64,000 bases of DNA. It comes from an uncultured delta proteobacterium (GTDB lineage Bacteria > Myxococcota > Myxococcia > Myxococcales > Anaeromyxobacteraceae). Positions 61,453 through 64,000 of this stretch are shown here, piece after piece (the stretch's first letter is position 1; every line of letters starts with the position of its first letter). Both the position numbers and the translations under genes were made by a program. The notes under the pieces are model-generated. The model had not been told where the DNA came from and searched no databases. It was given only the letters and a program-made list of their open reading frames with translations. The DNA is taken from contig CAWFDF010000014.1 in NCBI GenBank assembly GCA_963814585.1, positions 128,001 to 192,000 of the forward strand, written 5' to 3'.

Positions 61453-62429
61453 GTGACGAAGTAGAGCAGGCCGGTCATCGAGGTGGCCGCCAGGCCGAGC
61501 CGCAGCCGGTTGAAGGGCAGCCGAGGCGGCGCCGGCTGGAGCAGCGCCTCGACGCGCCGCTCCACGTCGTGGGAGCGGGCCCGCCGCAGCGTCCCCTCCA
61601 GCGCGCCCCGGAAGACCAGGGTGTGCCGCCCGTCCGAGCCGCCGGTGGCCCGGTGGAGCTTGAGCAACGCGCTGGCCAGCGCCAGTCGGTCGGCGCCCCG
61701 CGCCACGCTGCTCTCGTCGGCGAGCCGCTCGGCGTCGCGAGCCAGCGCCCGCGACAGGACCTGGAACGTGGGGTTCCACCACATCATGATGCGCAGCCCG
61801 AGCATCGCCCAGCTCCGGACCGGATCGCGCCGGTCCAGGTGGGCCAGCTCGTGGGCCAGCGCCGCCTGCAGCTCGTCGGCGTCGAGCAGGTCGACGGCGC
61901 CCCGGGTGACGAAGATGGCGGGACGGCGCACCCCCGCGCAGAAGAGGCTGGGCAGCGGGCGGTCGAGGTAGAGCACCGGCGGCGAGGACCTGCCGGCGAG
62001 CCTCGGGGGCAGCGCCGCCTCGAGCGCCGCGGCGTGGGCTGCGTCCGGCTGGCCCGGCGGAGGGCGGCCCCGGCGCAGGGTGCGCCCCAGCGACACCAGG
62101 TCGATGGACAGGAGCAGGAGCCCGAGCGCCGCCAGCGCGGCGGCGAAGGCGAGGTGGAGGTCGACCCCGAGGAAGGCCACGTCGCTCCAGCGCCGGCCGG
62201 AGAGCAAGGCGGTGTCGCGGAACGCCTCCCCGGCGCGGTGCGGGAAGAGCAGGACCAGCGCCGGGAAGGCCACCAGCGGATAGGCGACCGCCACCAGCCG
62301 AAGGGCCACGCGCTGCGCCGGGTGGCCGACCTGCCAGCTCCGCACCAGCGCCTCGACGAAGAGCGCCGCCACCAGCGAGTGGAAGATGCCCTGGGAGAGG
62401 AGGTCAACCGTGAGGACGCTCGGAGCCAT
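61449..62429 (-). CDS. M56/M48 membrane zinc metallopeptidase (BlaR1-like); start approximate
   Basis: LDADELQAALAHELAH, WWNP, ERLAD, LASALLK. Confidence 0.85.
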   Translation of the reverse strand: MAPSVLTVDLLSQGIFHSLVAALFVEALVRSWQVGHPAQRVALRLVAVAYPLVAFPALVLLFPHRAGEAFRDTALLSGRRWSDVAFLGVDLHLAFAAALAALGLLLLSIDLVSLGRTLRRGRPPPGQPDAAHAAALEAALPPRLAGRSSPPVLYLDRPLPSLFCAGVRRPAIFVTRGAVDLLDADELQAALAHELAHLDRRDPVRSWAMLGLRIMMWWNPTFQVLSRALARDAERLADESSVARGADRLALASALLKLHRATGGSDGRHTLVFRGALEGTLRRARSHDVERRVEALLQPAPPRLPFNRLRLGLAATSMTGLLYFVT

Positions 62430-63138
62430 GGTCGGGCGCGGCATGCCCGCCGAGCTCCTCCACGGGCCGCCCCTCGATGCGGGCCAGCTCCAGAGGATGC
62501 TCGTGCAGCATCCGCTCCCGGCTGATCTTACCCGTGAACATCGACGCGTCGAAGGGGAAGACGTCCGGGTTCAGGTGGGCGTTGAAGATGTGCCAGATGG
62601 TGATGACGAAGAAGGCCATCAGGCCCTCGTTGGAGTGGGCCACCTTGGCGGCCGGGATGATCTGCCCGGGGACCAGGTTGGCGAAGGCCACCGGGAAGTA
62701 GAGCACGAACCCGGTCGCCACCATGATGACGTTGCCGAACACCAGCCCCCAGTACTCGAACTTCTGCTTGTAGTCGTAGCGGTCGTACCTGGGCTGCTGG
62801 TTGGTCATCCCCAGGTAGAACTTGAGCTGGAGCACGGCGTCGTCGAAGTCCTTGCGCACCGGCGCCATGGTGAAGCCCGCCTTCTTGGCCCACATGGTGA
62901 CGGCGGCGTTGGCGAAGTGGACCACGGTGGAGAGCGCCAGCACCACGCCGCAGAACCGGTGGATCCAGCGGGTCCGGTCGATGCCGCCGAAGAGGCCGAC
63001 GAGCGTGCGGGCCCAGTCCGTGTCGAAGAACTTCTGCGGCAGGCCGGTCAGGCAGAGGAGCACGAACACCGCCATGGTGACGAAGTGCTCGGCGCGCTGC
63101 TGGAAGGTGAAGCGGAGGATCTGGGTGCCCTTGCTCAT
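62404..63138 (-). CDS. Di-heme cytochrome b subunit (FdnI/HydC-type)
   Basis: QRAEH, LTGLP, IHRFCG, VVH, RYDYKQKFEYWG, AHSNEG, WHIFNAH. Confidence 0.88.
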   Translation of the reverse strand: MSKGTQILRFTFQQRAEHFVTMAVFVLLCLTGLPQKFFDTDWARTLVGLFGGIDRTRWIHRFCGVVLALSTVVHFANAAVTMWAKKAGFTMAPVRKDFDDAVLQLKFYLGMTNQQPRYDRYDYKQKFEYWGLVFGNVIMVATGFVLYFPVAFANLVPGQIIPAAKVAHSNEGLMAFFVITIWHIFNAHLNPDVFPFDASMFTGKISRERMLHEHPLELARIEGRPVEELGGHAAPDHGSERPHG

Positions 63139-63155
63139 GGTGTGCTCCCGGCGCG

Positions 63156-64000
63156 CTAGCGGTTGACGACGACGCGCCAGAGGTGGAGCGCGATCTGCAG
63201 GACGAGGCCGCCCACCATGAAGGGGATCATCAGGCGGTAGAACACCTGGACCAGCCAGACCAGCGGCGCCTTCTCCATGCTGGGCGGGTAGTGCGAGAGC
63301 CAGGCCTTGGGGAAGGTCTCGCTGGCACCGGAGTGGCAGCGGGCGCAGGTCTTCTGCAGGTTGGCCGACATCACCGCCGAGCGGGGATCATCGGCCTTCT
63401 GGATGTCGTGGACGCCGTGGCAGTCGGTGCAGACCGCGGCCAGCCGCTTGCCGTCCGCCGGACGCTGTCCCTTCTGGAAGGAGGCCGACATGCCATGGAA
63501 GTCGGCCAGGTAGGTGGACACCACCTCGGTGGAGAGGCCGTACTTCTTCATCAGCTGCTGGTCGGAGTGGCAGCGGCCGCAGATCTCCGGGGAGCGCATG
63601 GCCAGCGCGCCGTCGCGGGGGTCGGTGGTGTCGTGGGCCTTGTGGCAGTCGGTGCAGACCGGCACGTCGGGGTTACCGGCCGAGGCGCGGCCGTGGACGC
63701 TCTTGGCGTACACGTCGGCCTCCCCCTGGTGACAGCGGCTGCACATGCTGGAGATGCGGGTGCGAGGCTGGGCTGGCCGGGAGATGTCATGGGCGCCGTG
63801 GCAGTCGACGCAGAGCGCCGCCTTGGGGTTCCCCTTGGACATCACGGCGTAGTGCACGCCGTCGAGCGTCTTGGTGTAGTTGGCGAAGTGGCAGCCCTTG
63901 CACTGCTCGTAGTAGGCGCGGGTCACCTCGCGGCGCGACTTGAACTTGACCTCGCCGGTGGCGTGGTCGCTGGCCTTGTCGGCGTGGCAGTCGGTGCACC
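63156..64000 (-). CDS. Multiheme cytochrome c with C-terminal TM anchor (5' end outside the window)
   Basis: At least 8 CxxCH in view (CTDCH, CKGCH, CVDCH, CSRCH, CTDCH, CGRCH, CTDCH, CARCH); C-terminal TM with His. Confidence 0.92.
   Translation of the reverse strand, partial: CTDCHADKASDHATGEVKFKSRREVTRAYYEQCKGCHFANYTKTLDGVHYAVMSKGNPKAALCVDCHGAHDISRPAQPRTRISSMCSRCHQGEADVYAKSVHGRASAGNPDVPVCTDCHKAHDTTDPRDGALAMRSPEICGRCHSDQQLMKKYGLSTEVVSTYLADFHGMSASFQKGQRPADGKRLAAVCTDCHGVHDIQKADDPRSAVMSANLQKTCARCHSGASETFPKAWLSHYPPSMEKAPLVWLVQVFYRLMIPFMVGGLVLQIALHLWRVVVNR

Overview
High-GC window that looks like an Anaeromyxobacter-type myxobacterium (inferred from gene content and GC3 bias). The first 13 kb, on the minus strand, is housekeeping: tRNA-Val, thrS, leuACDB-ilvBNC, infC-rpmI-rplT-pheS. 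The leu/ilv operon sits between thrS and infC and has a candidate Leu leader-peptide attenuator. The 13-40 kb part holds a secreted-protein operon, a glyoxalase pair, typA, two glycosylation clusters, a stand-alone rplC, an RpoH-like sigma factor, and a heme-motif kinase/NtrC pair facing a sigma54 promoter. The main feature is 40-58 kb: a lipoprotein multiheme cytochrome of about 3,070 aa. By manual count it has about 60 CxxCH plus 13 atypical Cx2-3YCH motifs, mostly in 13 five-heme modules, with a recent 1,203-bp internal duplication. It is clustered with its own ResB/CcsA pair (deviant WWD motif), a propeller-like lipoprotein, two cobalamin-dependent radical SAM enzymes and a lone LuxE-like acyl-protein synthetase. 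This is a candidate dedicated maturation and tailoring system for a giant electron wire. The window ends in a second heme-motif kinase/NarL pair and a cytochrome b + multiheme c pair. Single-base insertions in the LuxE-like gene and at the cytochrome 3' end look like sequencing errors. All calls come from reading the sequence; no searches were run.
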